DNA of 64,000 nucleotides from Chloroflexota bacterium. GTDB taxonomy: Bacteria; Chloroflexota; Anaerolineae; Anaerolineales; Villigracilaceae. The notes beneath the pieces were generated by a model. It saw only the letters and a list, made by a program, of their open reading frames with translations, was not told where the DNA came from and did no database searches. The position numbers and the translations under genes are program-made. Shown piece after piece: positions 27,284 through 36,497 of this stretch. Location of the stretch: assembly GCA_039961775.1 (NCBI GenBank), contig JABRVZ010000003.1:83272-147271 (forward strand), read 5' to 3'. Position 1 is the stretch's first letter. Each line of letters starts with the position of its first letter.

Positions 27284-28617
27284 GCGTGAACCCCGTCGAG
27301 CAGAGCGCGCAGGTCTGCCAGGGCGCGTTCGGCGTAAGCCCTGCCGCGTTCCCGTTTGTGGACTTTCGCCTCCAGCGGCGGCAGGATGCCAAAATTTGCC
27401 TTCATTGGCTGAAAGTCCTTGAGATCGGCATGCGTGACGTAGTGACACAATGCGCCGAGCATGGTGGTGGGAGGCAGGGTGAGCGGTTCTTCTCCGTGAA
27501 GCAGGCGCGCCGCATTGACGCCCGCCAGCAGACCGGTGGCAATGTTGCCCATGTAGCCTTCCACGCCCGTGATTTGACCGGCGAAGAACAAGTCATCGCG
27601 CTGGCGGAATTGCAGGGTGGGGCGCAGGAGTTTGGGTGAGGCGATGAACGTGTTGCGGTGCATCTGCCCGTAGCGCAGGAACTCGGCGTTTTCCAAGCCC
27701 GGAATCATGCGGAAGACGCGTTTTTGCTCCGGGAATTTCAGGTTGGTCTGGAAGCCCACCATGTTATACAGGCTTCCCGCCAGATTGTCCTGACGCAATT
27801 GCACCACCGCGTACGGACGTTTTCCCGTGCGCGGGTCGCGCAGCCCTACCGGGCGCATGGGACCGAACGCGAGCGAATCCAGCCCGCGTTCTGCGATGAT
27901 TTCCACCGGCAGACAGCCCTCGAAGAATTGCCCCGCCTTCACGCCGCTTTTGATGGCATCCTCGAAGGAGCGCAATTCGATGCGTTCGGCTTGCAGGAGC
28001 GCCTCCACGAAGGCGTAATACTCTTCCTTCGTCATCGGGCAGTTGATGTAATCGCCCTCCTCCTGCTCCCCTGTGCCGTAGCGCGAGGCGCGAAAAGCGA
28101 TGTCCATGTTGATTGAATCGGCGTGGATGACCGGCGCGATGGCGTCGAAGAAAAACAGGTGTTCCTCGCCGCTCAGCGCTGCAATGGACTGTGACAACGC
28201 CGGCGAAGTCAACGGCCCGCTGGCGACGATGGCGGGGGCGCTCGGTATCTCCCGCACCTCCTCGCGGACGATTTCGATTCGGGGATGCGCTTCGATGCGC
28301 TCGGTCACTTTGCGGGCGAACAGTTCGCGGTCCACTGCCAGCGCTCCGCCCGCCGGCAGAGCCGCCTCCCCGGCGCATTCCAACAGCATCGAGCCGAGCA
28401 GACGCGCCTCTTCCTTGAGCAGACCGGAGGCGCGGTCGGGAAGGTTCGAGCCGAGCGAATTCGAGCAGACGAGTTCCGCCAGGTCTGGGGTCTGATGCGC
28501 TCCCGTCGGCACCTGGGGGCGCATCTCGAAGAGGCGCACGTTCAATCCGCGCTGGGCGGCTTGCCAGGCGGCTTCACTTCCAGCCAGCCCGCCGCCGATG
28601 ATGATGAGTTCAGTCAT
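27280..28617 (-). CDS. trmFO: Folate/FAD-dependent tRNA (uracil-5)-methyltransferase
   Basis: [58 protein letters not shown]. Confidence 0.97.
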   Translation of the reverse strand: MTELIIIGGGLAGSEAAWQAAQRGLNVRLFEMRPQVPTGAHQTPDLAELVCSNSLGSNLPDRASGLLKEEARLLGSMLLECAGEAALPAGGALAVDRELFARKVTERIEAHPRIEIVREEVREIPSAPAIVASGPLTSPALSQSIAALSGEEHLFFFDAIAPVIHADSINMDIAFRASRYGTGEQEEGDYINCPMTKEEYYAFVEALLQAERIELRSFEDAIKSGVKAGQFFEGCLPVEIIAERGLDSLAFGPMRPVGLRDPRTGKRPYAVVQLRQDNLAGSLYNMVGFQTNLKFPEQKRVFRMIPGLENAEFLRYGQMHRNTFIASPKLLRPTLQFRQRDDLFFAGQITGVEGYMGNIATGLLAGVNAARLLHGEEPLTLPPTTMLGALCHYVTHADLKDFQPMKANFGILPPLEAKVHKRERGRAYAERALADLRALLDGVHA

Positions 28618-28671
28618 ATTTTGATTCTACCATTTCACCTCTGCGGATTCCCCTGCTGTATAATTGCTTCG

Positions 28672-31293
28672 ATGACCGAAACCGCCGCGATTGAACTCCA
28701 ACTCAAAGAAGCCTGCCAGTTGACCGACGCCGCCTGGTCGGCGCTGGTGGAGCGGGAAGCGGGAAAGTGGCGTGTGGCGGCGCACTATCATCTGGGGAAG
28801 AAATCCCACTCTGCGCTTGTTAAATTCCTTGAAGATACTGAAGTGGACGCCTGGCTTTCCGGCGCGTTGAGCGGAGGAGGCAGCCGTTCTGTTTCTCTGC
28901 CCTCCTCGAGCGCCCTGCGGGTCGAGCGCCTGTATGCCTTCCCGGTGGCGGGGGCTTCTCAGGTGGTCCTGGCGGGGGCGGGATTGCTCAGCCTGCCGGC
29001 GCAGCGCATCTGGCGGCTGGCAGTGAGCGGCATCCGCGCGGAGTCAGCCCATCCTGAGTCGCCCGCTTCCTCGGTGGCGGCGTCTCTCCTGATGCCGGAT
29101 TTGAACTCCGAAAGCCCCTACGACCTGCCGCGCGCCCTTCACCGCGCTCTGGATGCCTTCACCCGCCTCGTTCCCGTACAGGGAGCCTGGTTCGCCATCC
29201 GGCGGGCGGACTCTCTCGAAATCCGCGCCCAGTGGAACGCGCCTGCCCTCGCCGACCTGGTTCTGCAGATTGACGCCCATTCCCTTCTGCGGCGCATGAA
29301 CCGTAACCTCACGCCCGTCGCCGTTCAGCGCGGCGATGCGCTGTGGGCGCAGATTCCGCACAAAGGGCTGAAGGCGGGCGTCAAAGCCTGGATTTGCGTG
29401 CCGCTGGTCATCGGTCAGCGGTTGATCGGCGCTGTTGGCATGTGGCGTTCTTCCAACTTCAAAGCAGAGGAATGGAACCGCCTCGTGGATCTGGCAACCC
29501 AGATTGCACCGGCGCTCGAAACGCTCATCACGTTTGCCGAAATGGCAGGACATTTGCGCCGTCTTGCCATGCTGAACGACTTTGCTCTTACCGTTGCCAC
29601 CGGGCGCAGTCTCGACCAGATTGCGCGGCGTCTGTTTGCCCTGCTTTCCCGCGCTTTCGGCACCGAGTTGATTGTGCTGGATTTGTTCTCCTCCGAAGAC
29701 GTGATTCAGGAATACCGCATGGAAGCCGGAAACCTGGTCTCCATCCTGCGCAGCGCAGAGGGGCATCCCATCTCCCGCCTGCTGACCAGCGACCAGATGA
29801 TGCGGCTGAGCGACATGGGGGCAGAGTCCGCTTTACCGTTATACAACGGCGCACTTTCGGGCATCTACGCGCCGCTGCGCCTGCGCGGTCAACGCATTGG
29901 GGCGCTGAGCGTGGAAAGCCGGTTGAGGAATGCCTTCAGCCCATACGATGAAAGCCTGCTGGTTGTGCTCGCCAGTCATCTCGCCAGCCTGGCAGATTAC
30001 ACGCGCGTCCGTGAGGAGGCGGAGGGCAGGGCGAGGAACCTGGGGGTCATCCATGAGGTCGTTCAGCAGATTGTCGGTCTGACCGACTCCCGCCAGGTGG
30101 CGGAAGCCACTGCCAGCCTGCTGGCGCGGTATTTTTCCTACGAACTCACGACAGTTTTTATTGCCGATGAAAGCGGCAGCCTGACCATCAGCGGCTTTGG
30201 CGGCGTCAGCCCCAATGTGGTGCGGCGGGCGATGAAATCCGTCACCTACCCTGTGCGCGGCGGCATTACCGGCTATGTCTTCGAAAGCGGACGCGGCGTT
30301 CTGGTCAACGATGTGCTGCAAGATGAGCGTTACACGCCCATCAAAGGCTGGCAGGCAGGGTCGGAGATGTGCGTGCCCATCCGCGACGCCTCGAAGGTGC
30401 TGGGCGTCATCAATGTGGAGAGCAGTTCGCGTAATGCCTTCACCCATAACGATTACATTGCCCTCGAGTCGCTGGCGGGCATTCTGGCGGCGGTCATCAC
30501 CAGCGCCAACCAATATCAACGGCTGCAAGAGACCATCTATCAACTGCGCGAAACCGAGATGGAACTCAACGCGCGCATGGAAGCGCAGCGGCTGGCGGAG
30601 AACCGCCTCGTCCAGGCTGCTAAATTGGCGGCGGTGGGCGAGATGGCGGCGGGCATTGCCCATGAATTGAACAACCCCCTCACCTCCGTGACCGGCTTTG
30701 CCGAACTGGTGATGAACGACCTCCCCGACGATTCGCCTCTGCGCGCCGACCTGGACCTGGTCATCCGCGAGGCGCGCCGCGCGCGCGACGTGGTCCGCCG
30801 CCTGCTCGATTTTGCCCGCCAGAGCGAAAGCGCCCGCGCCAATGCCTCGCTGAACAAGGTGGTCGAAGACGTGGTAGCGCTCACGCGACATCTGATTCAC
30901 ACAAACGGGGTAGAATTGCGGCTGCATTTGCAGGAGGATTTACCCTGGGTTTCCATGGACGAAAACCAAATGAAACAAGTCCTGCTCAACCTTGTTCACA
31001 ACGCCCTGCAAGCCATGCCGGGCGGCGGTCAACTGGAGATACGAACCGCCGCTGTCCCCAAAGTGGGACGCGAAGGCGTCATCGTCTCGGTGCGCGACAG
31101 CGGGGTGGGCATTCCTCCGGAGATTCAAACCCGCATCTTCGAACCGTTCTTCACCACCAAAGCCAACCGCGGCGGAACGGGGCTTGGGCTTTCCGTCACT
31201 TACGGCATCGTTTCTGCACACGGCGGCGAAATCGAACTCATCAGCCAGCCCGGCGCCGGCTCCACCTTCACCGTCTGGCTTCCGAAAGGGTAG
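28672..31293 (+). CDS. Multi-GAF sensor histidine kinase
   Basis: Several GAF units (VPLVIG.RLIG; APLRLRG.RIG; VPIRD..KVLG), AHELNNPLT, NLVHNALQA, GGTGLGL. ATG 7 nt after TATAAT. Confidence 0.9.
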   Translation: MTETAAIELQLKEACQLTDAAWSALVEREAGKWRVAAHYHLGKKSHSALVKFLEDTEVDAWLSGALSGGGSRSVSLPSSSALRVERLYAFPVAGASQVVLAGAGLLSLPAQRIWRLAVSGIRAESAHPESPASSVAASLLMPDLNSESPYDLPRALHRALDAFTRLVPVQGAWFAIRRADSLEIRAQWNAPALADLVLQIDAHSLLRRMNRNLTPVAVQRGDALWAQIPHKGLKAGVKAWICVPLVIGQRLIGAVGMWRSSNFKAEEWNRLVDLATQIAPALETLITFAEMAGHLRRLAMLNDFALTVATGRSLDQIARRLFALLSRAFGTELIVLDLFSSEDVIQEYRMEAGNLVSILRSAEGHPISRLLTSDQMMRLSDMGAESALPLYNGALSGIYAPLRLRGQRIGALSVESRLRNAFSPYDESLLVVLASHLASLADYTRVREEAEGRARNLGVIHEVVQQIVGLTDSRQVAEATASLLARYFSYELTTVFIADESGSLTISGFGGVSPNVVRRAMKSVTYPVRGGITGYVFESGRGVLVNDVLQDERYTPIKGWQAGSEMCVPIRDASKVLGVINVESSSRNAFTHNDYIALESLAGILAAVITSANQYQRLQETIYQLRETEMELNARMEAQRLAENRLVQAAKLAAVGEMAAGIAHELNNPLTSVTGFAELVMNDLPDDSPLRADLDLVIREARRARDVVRRLLDFARQSESARANASLNKVVEDVVALTRHLIHTNGVELRLHLQEDLPWVSMDENQMKQVLLNLVHNALQAMPGGGQLEIRTAAVPKVGREGVIVSVRDSGVGIPPEIQTRIFEPFFTTKANRGGTGLGLSVTYGIVSAHGGEIELISQPGAGSTFTVWLPKG

Positions 31294-31303
31294 GGAATTT
31301 GCC

Positions 31304-32890
31304 ATGGAATCCGCTTCTGTCTTTGTCGTTGACGACGAAGCCGGCATTGCCTTGCTGTGCAGCCGCGTCCTGACGCGCGCCGGCTACGAAGTCCAATCCG
31401 AAACCAATCCCCGCGCCGCAGTCGAAATCCTCGGTCAGCGCCGCTTCGACCTGCTCCTCGTGGACATTCGCATGCCCGAAGTGGACGGTTTCGACGTCAT
31501 CTCGCGCGCCAAACGCGCCCAGCCTGATATTGCCGTGCTGGTGATGACCGGCTTCGGCACCGTCGAAACCGCCATCCGCGCTTTGCGCCAGGGAGTGGAT
31601 GGGCTTTTGCTCAAACCATTCGAAAAAGGGGACGAACTGATTGCCGCCGTGGAACAGGCGCTTACCGATAACCGCCGCAAGCGCGAAACCGCCCGCGCGC
31701 AGGCGCTCCGTCCCCTCTTCGACGCCACCGAACGGCTGTTTTCCGAGACCAACTCAGACAAACTGTACCCCCTTATCGTTGACACGGTTTGCGAACATTT
31801 GCAATGTCCCAACGCCGCATTTTACCGGCTGGAGCCGAACGGTTTTTCGCTGGTCTCCAAACGGGGGAACGTCTTGCCGGTAGAGGCGGGCGGCTTTGCG
31901 GCTGACCTTCTGCAAAGGGTGGCGTCAGATGGGAAACCGATCCTCGTCAACGCCACAGGACCGGGGGAGAAAGAGGCGCAGGCGCTTCTTTCGGACCTCA
32001 AACTTGGCGCGGCAATCCTGATTCCAATTTCACGCTCAGACCTGCGCGCCGTCCTGTTTGCCGCAAGAGACGCAGGCGTGGCTCCTTTTCGCGGCACCGA
32101 CCTGGAGCTGTTCCACATCCTTGCCAGCCAGTCGCTGGTGGCGTTGGAAAACGCCCGCCTGTACGCCGACCTGCGCGCCTATGTTCGCAAAGTGGAAGAA
32201 TCCCAGCAGGCGCTCCTGCGTTCGGAAAAGATGGCGGCGGCGGGCAGGCTGACGGCTTCGATTGCGCATGAAGTCAACAACCCTTTGCAGTCTGTGCAGA
32301 ACTGTCTGCACCTTGCCGGGCGCGAAGACCTGCCGGCGGAAAAACGCAAACAATACTTCGAGCTGGCTCGCTCCGAACTCGAACGTCTGATGAAAACCAT
32401 GCACCGTATGCTCGATTTCTACCGCCCCGGCTCGGTCAAAATGGAAAAGGTGGATGTGTTGGAACTGCTGAAGCATGTGCTCAGTCTTACCTCCCAGCAG
32501 TTGGGGCAGCGGCACATCGAGGTCATCGCCGAACTGCCCGAGTCTTTGCCCCCGGTGCTGGCGGTGAGCAGTCAGATTCAACAAATTTTCATCAATCTGA
32601 TTTTGAACGCCTTCGACGTGATGCCCGGCGGAGGCGCGCTCTACATCCGTGCGAAAGAGCTGGAAAACGGCGTGGAGATACAATTCGAAGACACGGGACC
32701 CGGCATACCCGAAGAACTGCGCAACAACATCTTCGAGCCATTCTTCAGCACCAAGGAGGGCGGCACCGGTTTGGGGCTGACGGTGAGTTACAATATCGTC
32801 ACCGCGCACGGCGGCACATTGGACATTGTGAAAGGAAGCGGCGATGGCGCCTGTTTCCGCTTATTCCTGCCCACGGGAGAAATATCATGA
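31304..32890 (+). CDS. REC-GAF-histidine kinase
   Basis: VVDDE...LVDIRMP...KPF receiver, then GAF, AHEVNNPL, NLILNA, GGTGLGL. Confidence 0.9.
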   Translation: MESASVFVVDDEAGIALLCSRVLTRAGYEVQSETNPRAAVEILGQRRFDLLLVDIRMPEVDGFDVISRAKRAQPDIAVLVMTGFGTVETAIRALRQGVDGLLLKPFEKGDELIAAVEQALTDNRRKRETARAQALRPLFDATERLFSETNSDKLYPLIVDTVCEHLQCPNAAFYRLEPNGFSLVSKRGNVLPVEAGGFAADLLQRVASDGKPILVNATGPGEKEAQALLSDLKLGAAILIPISRSDLRAVLFAARDAGVAPFRGTDLELFHILASQSLVALENARLYADLRAYVRKVEESQQALLRSEKMAAAGRLTASIAHEVNNPLQSVQNCLHLAGREDLPAEKRKQYFELARSELERLMKTMHRMLDFYRPGSVKMEKVDVLELLKHVLSLTSQQLGQRHIEVIAELPESLPPVLAVSSQIQQIFINLILNAFDVMPGGGALYIRAKELENGVEIQFEDTGPGIPEELRNNIFEPFFSTKEGGTGLGLTVSYNIVTAHGGTLDIVKGSGDGACFRLFLPTGEIS

Positions 32891-33621
32891 AACCCAACAT
32901 CCTTGTCGTTGACGATGAGCCTGTTGCACGTCAGTCGCTTTCGGACATTTTGCGCCTCGAAGGGTATGCGGTCAGCGCTGTGCCAAATGGACAGGCGGCG
33001 GTCGAATATGTCCGCACACATCCCATTGACTTGATGATCGTGGATTTGCGCATGCCGGGCATGGACGGGCTGGAGGTGGTTCAGGTTGTCAACCAGATTT
33101 CGCCGGAGACTGAGATCATCCTGCTCACCGCCTACGGCACAACCGAATCTGCCATTCAGGCGCTGCGTTTGCGTGTGCACGATTATCTGCTCAAACCCGC
33201 CTCCCCCTCGCAGGTCATCAACAGCATCAAGAAAGGGCTGGCGCGGCGGGATGCACGCCTGAAGGCAAAGGGCGGATCAGTTTCGGCGGATGTGGAAGAA
33301 GCGCCCCTCGAATTTTCCCTCCCCGACGGCACCCGCATCGACCTCTCCCGCCGCCTGATTCAGAAAAAAGACCAGATGATTCATCTGACGCCCGCCGAAG
33401 GGCGGCTCCTGCGCGTCCTCATGGAAAATCCGGGAAGGGTGTACACCCACCGCGAGCTTGTCCTGCTTGTGCAGGGCTACGATACGTCCCAGCGAGAGGC
33501 GCCAGAGATTTTGCGTCCGCTGGTCAGCCGCCTGCGCCACAAACTGGAGGCTTTTCCGTCCCTGTCGCGGGCAATCGTCAGCGTGAGGGGGACGGGCTAC
33601 TTGTACGAAGTGGAAAAGTAG
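32887..33621 (+). CDS. OmpR-family response regulator
   Basis: Receiver (VVDDE, DLRMP, KP) plus winged helix (LTPAEGRLL, VSRLRHKL, VRGTGY). Confidence 0.93.
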   Translation: MKPNILVVDDEPVARQSLSDILRLEGYAVSAVPNGQAAVEYVRTHPIDLMIVDLRMPGMDGLEVVQVVNQISPETEIILLTAYGTTESAIQALRLRVHDYLLKPASPSQVINSIKKGLARRDARLKAKGGSVSADVEEAPLEFSLPDGTRIDLSRRLIQKKDQMIHLTPAEGRLLRVLMENPGRVYTHRELVLLVQGYDTSQREAPEILRPLVSRLRHKLEAFPSLSRAIVSVRGTGYLYEVEK

Positions 33622-33630
33622 CGTAAAGAA

Positions 33631-33659
33631 CAGACCTCCGGCTGGAAGCCGGAGGTCTG
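33631..33659. terminator. Hairpin between convergent genes (probable terminator)
   Basis: CAGACCTCCGGCT / AGCCGGAGGTCTG, 13-bp perfect stem. Confidence 0.7.
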
Positions 33660-33662
33660 GGT

Positions 33663-34604
33663 TTAATGCTTGTAAAAGTCTGTGGGGAATTCGGGCGGTT
33701 GCAGCCAGGAAAGAAGTCCCCTGGCGTAAAGCGGTCGGTTGACCGGCTTCTCGAACCAGACCAGCAACAGGCTGGAACTCAATCCGGCTGTTCCTATCCA
33801 TTGCCAGGAGGTGAGCGTTTCGCCGAGCAAAAGGTGGCTGAACGTGATGGCGACCAAAAGTTCGGCAAGACCGAGCAGGGCAGTTTGCATCCCGCCGATG
33901 TTCTTGACGCCCAAAAACAGCAGGAGCCGCGAGCCAAAGGTGACCGCTGTCAGCCCCAGCACGGGCATCCATTGAGGATCGGCAGGAGGGGGCGGGCTGG
34001 CGATGAAATAGGCAGGAACGACGATGGCGCTCATCGCCAGCAGGGTGTACACGGTCACGGTGGGGGCGGGAACGTCGTACAACACCCGCTGATTGACCGG
34101 TAAATGCAGGGCGTAGAGCGCGGCAGAAATCAGCATAAAAATTACGCCGGTCAGGTTGATACCTCCCGAGTCGACGCGGGTCAGCAGAAGCGCCGAAAAA
34201 CCTGCGATAACGATGCGAATGACGGTCAGGCGGGAGGGCGGTTGTCCGTCCAGTTGCAGCCAGAACGCCACGAACAAGGGGTAAAGGGCATAAAGCATTT
34301 GCGCCACGCTGGCGTTCAATTTACTCAACCCCACATAGTAGAAAATCGAACCAATGCCGTTCAATGCCCCAGCCAGAAGACACCCATACAGCCCCGCCGG
34401 GTAGATATACAAATACTGCCGGCGGAAGATGAGCATAATCAATACAAGCAGCGCCGCCGCTATGCTTGTGCGAAGCGCCACCACCGCATAGGGTGAGAAC
34501 TGTCCCTCTCCCATTGCCGCTTTGCCAAACACGGGAGCCATGCCAATGAGAGCGGCTGAAATCAGCGCGGCGCTGATACCCTGGGAGCGTTTTTTTTTCG
34601 ACAA
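33663..34604 (-). CDS. DMT/EamA-family transporter
   Basis: About 10 TM in two repeats; YYVGLSKLNASVA...YPLFVA; LAELLVAITFSHLLLGE. Confidence 0.88.
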   Translation of the reverse strand: MSKKKRSQGISAALISAALIGMAPVFGKAAMGEGQFSPYAVVALRTSIAAALLVLIMLIFRRQYLYIYPAGLYGCLLAGALNGIGSIFYYVGLSKLNASVAQMLYALYPLFVAFWLQLDGQPPSRLTVIRIVIAGFSALLLTRVDSGGINLTGVIFMLISAALYALHLPVNQRVLYDVPAPTVTVYTLLAMSAIVVPAYFIASPPPPADPQWMPVLGLTAVTFGSRLLLFLGVKNIGGMQTALLGLAELLVAITFSHLLLGETLTSWQWIGTAGLSSSLLLVWFEKPVNRPLYARGLLSWLQPPEFPTDFYKH

Positions 34605-34745
34605 GTTGCACCGGCTTTCAATAGGTGCCGGCAGGCAGTTCGCTGTCCACCGGTTCTGTTAGAAAACGCCCAAAGATTCTCAGAAGGGACCCGACAAAAA
34701 ACACCCTTCCCTTCAAAGCGATGCCTGTCATTCGGAAAGCGTCTG

Positions 34746-36422
34746 TCACTTGATCAAGGCGCGGACTTCTTCGAGAAATTCGTCGTTCAGAAAATCACCC
34801 TTGAGCATCAGGGACTGGATTTGCCCCTGCAGGCGGCTTTTCTCGTCCACAGTCAGTTCCTTGGCGGTGGCGACGATAACGGGGATGTTGGCTGTCTCCG
34901 GCTGACTGCGCAGTATATCCATGACGGTGAAGCCGTCCATTTCGGGCATCATCAAGTCGAGAATGAGAAGATCGGGGCGTTCGCGGTTGACCAGTTCGAT
35001 GGTTTCGCGCCCGTTGACGGCTTCGAAGATTTCAAAATCACCCTGCGACTGCAAAATTCGGCGGATGAGGCGGCGCGCCTCGGCGGTGTCATCTGCCACC
35101 ACCACGCGCGGGAAGCGGTTCGGCGTCACATTGTTGAGGGCGGAGAGCAGCCCCTCTTGCGGGGTCTCCGCTTCTACCTGTTTATGGCGCAGGTCAATAT
35201 CGCGTGTCCAACCTTCGCCGAACAGATATTGCTCGGCGGGCATGGTGTGACCGGTGCAATTCACCACTACTACATCATCCGGCTTGATTATGCCGGCGCG
35301 CACCAGTTTGAAAAGCCCGGCAAAGGCAGTCGCAGAGGCGGGTTCAGCGGAGATGCCCTCCATCTTTGCCAGCACGTGCATCGCGCGAAAGGATTCTTCA
35401 TCCGAAACGCTCTCGAAGACCCCGCCAGTTTCATTGACCTGTTTGCGCAGCATGACGTAGGTGCGCCCAGGGTCGCCGGTTGCCAGCGTTTCGATGCGCG
35501 TTTTGGGCGAGCGCACCGGCTCGGCTTTTTCGAGCCCTTTGCGCCAACTCTCCACCATCGGCGCACAGCCATCCACCTGAATTGGGGCGATGGCAGGGAT
35601 GCGGTCAATCAGCCCCAGCGCCTTCAACTCACGGAAGCCCTTGTACACGCCGAGCGGTCCCAGCCCTCCGCTGATGGATTGCACATACCAGTCGGGCGTG
35701 CGCCATTTCGGACGGTCTTCTGTGGACTCTGGCGGAGCGCCGTTTTGCAGGGTCAACTGTTCGGCAATTTCGAACGCCAGCGTTTTCATTGCCTCCACCG
35801 CTGTGACCGTGCGTGCGCCCATGTCCTGATACAAACCACGCTGGCGGGCAAACTCTGCCGCCATGATTTTCGCCTCATCGTAGGAGCCGGTGATTTTGAC
35901 CACCTGACTGCCATACAGGGCGATCTCGCGCATCTTGACCCCCGGAACGAGGCTGGTGACGAACGCCCAAAGTTTGATCCCCGCCCGAGCCGCATACGCC
36001 GACAGCGAGATAGCGACATTGCCTGTGGAGGCGGCAACCATTTCAGTGATGCCCGCTTCCTTGAGCGCGGCAATCGTCAGCGCCGCCTGCCGGTCCTTGA
36101 AGGAGGAGGTGGGTCCCTGGCGCTCGTCCTTGATGTAGAGATTGTTCAGCCCCAGCATCATTCCCAGATTGACGGCTTTGATGAGCGGCGTGCCGCCCTC
36201 GCCAAGCCGCAGGCTGGGATTGGGGTTGTGAATGGGCAGGAGTTCCTTGTAACGCCACAAATCGAACTCACGGTTTTTCAGTTGTGACGGAAAGGTTTTT
36301 GCCACCTCCGCCATGTCGTATTCGGCTTCGCGCCACTGACTGGAGCAATTGGGGCATTGCATGGAACTGGGCGTGAAGGGAGCGGCATGCCCGCAATCGA
36401 GACAACGAATGACAAATGACAT
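34746..36422 (-). CDS. Threonine-synthase-like PLP enzyme (N-terminal Zn ribbon) fused to a C-terminal receiver domain
   Basis: CLDC...CPNC, LGEGGTPL, SFKDR (PLP Lys), ASTGN, EPASA. C-terminal VVADD...LILDLMMPEMDG...TAK...KG. Confidence 0.88.
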   Translation of the reverse strand: MSFVIRCLDCGHAAPFTPSSMQCPNCSSQWREAEYDMAEVAKTFPSQLKNREFDLWRYKELLPIHNPNPSLRLGEGGTPLIKAVNLGMMLGLNNLYIKDERQGPTSSFKDRQAALTIAALKEAGITEMVAASTGNVAISLSAYAARAGIKLWAFVTSLVPGVKMREIALYGSQVVKITGSYDEAKIMAAEFARQRGLYQDMGARTVTAVEAMKTLAFEIAEQLTLQNGAPPESTEDRPKWRTPDWYVQSISGGLGPLGVYKGFRELKALGLIDRIPAIAPIQVDGCAPMVESWRKGLEKAEPVRSPKTRIETLATGDPGRTYVMLRKQVNETGGVFESVSDEESFRAMHVLAKMEGISAEPASATAFAGLFKLVRAGIIKPDDVVVVNCTGHTMPAEQYLFGEGWTRDIDLRHKQVEAETPQEGLLSALNNVTPNRFPRVVVADDTAEARRLIRRILQSQGDFEIFEAVNGRETIELVNRERPDLLILDLMMPEMDGFTVMDILRSQPETANIPVIVATAKELTVDEKSRLQGQIQSLMLKGDFLNDEFLEEVRALIK

Positions 36423-36497
36423 TTGCTGATTCTTTCTTTTTGCCGCCCCAGAACTATACCAGGCGGCAAACAGTCTTTAGAATATTGTTGGGACGGC

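Noticed and set aside
34746-36422. Assigning the symbol thrC
   Set aside because: The phosphohomoserine-binding motif is replaced and a receiver domain is fused, so the function is uncertain.
36438-36470. TTTGCCGCC / GGCGGCAAA hairpin between the kinase and the PLP-REC gene as a terminator
   Set aside because: On the transcribed (minus) strand it is followed by an A-rich tract, not a U-tract. It may be an operator around a TATAGT box or an mRNA stabiliser, but cannot be assigned.
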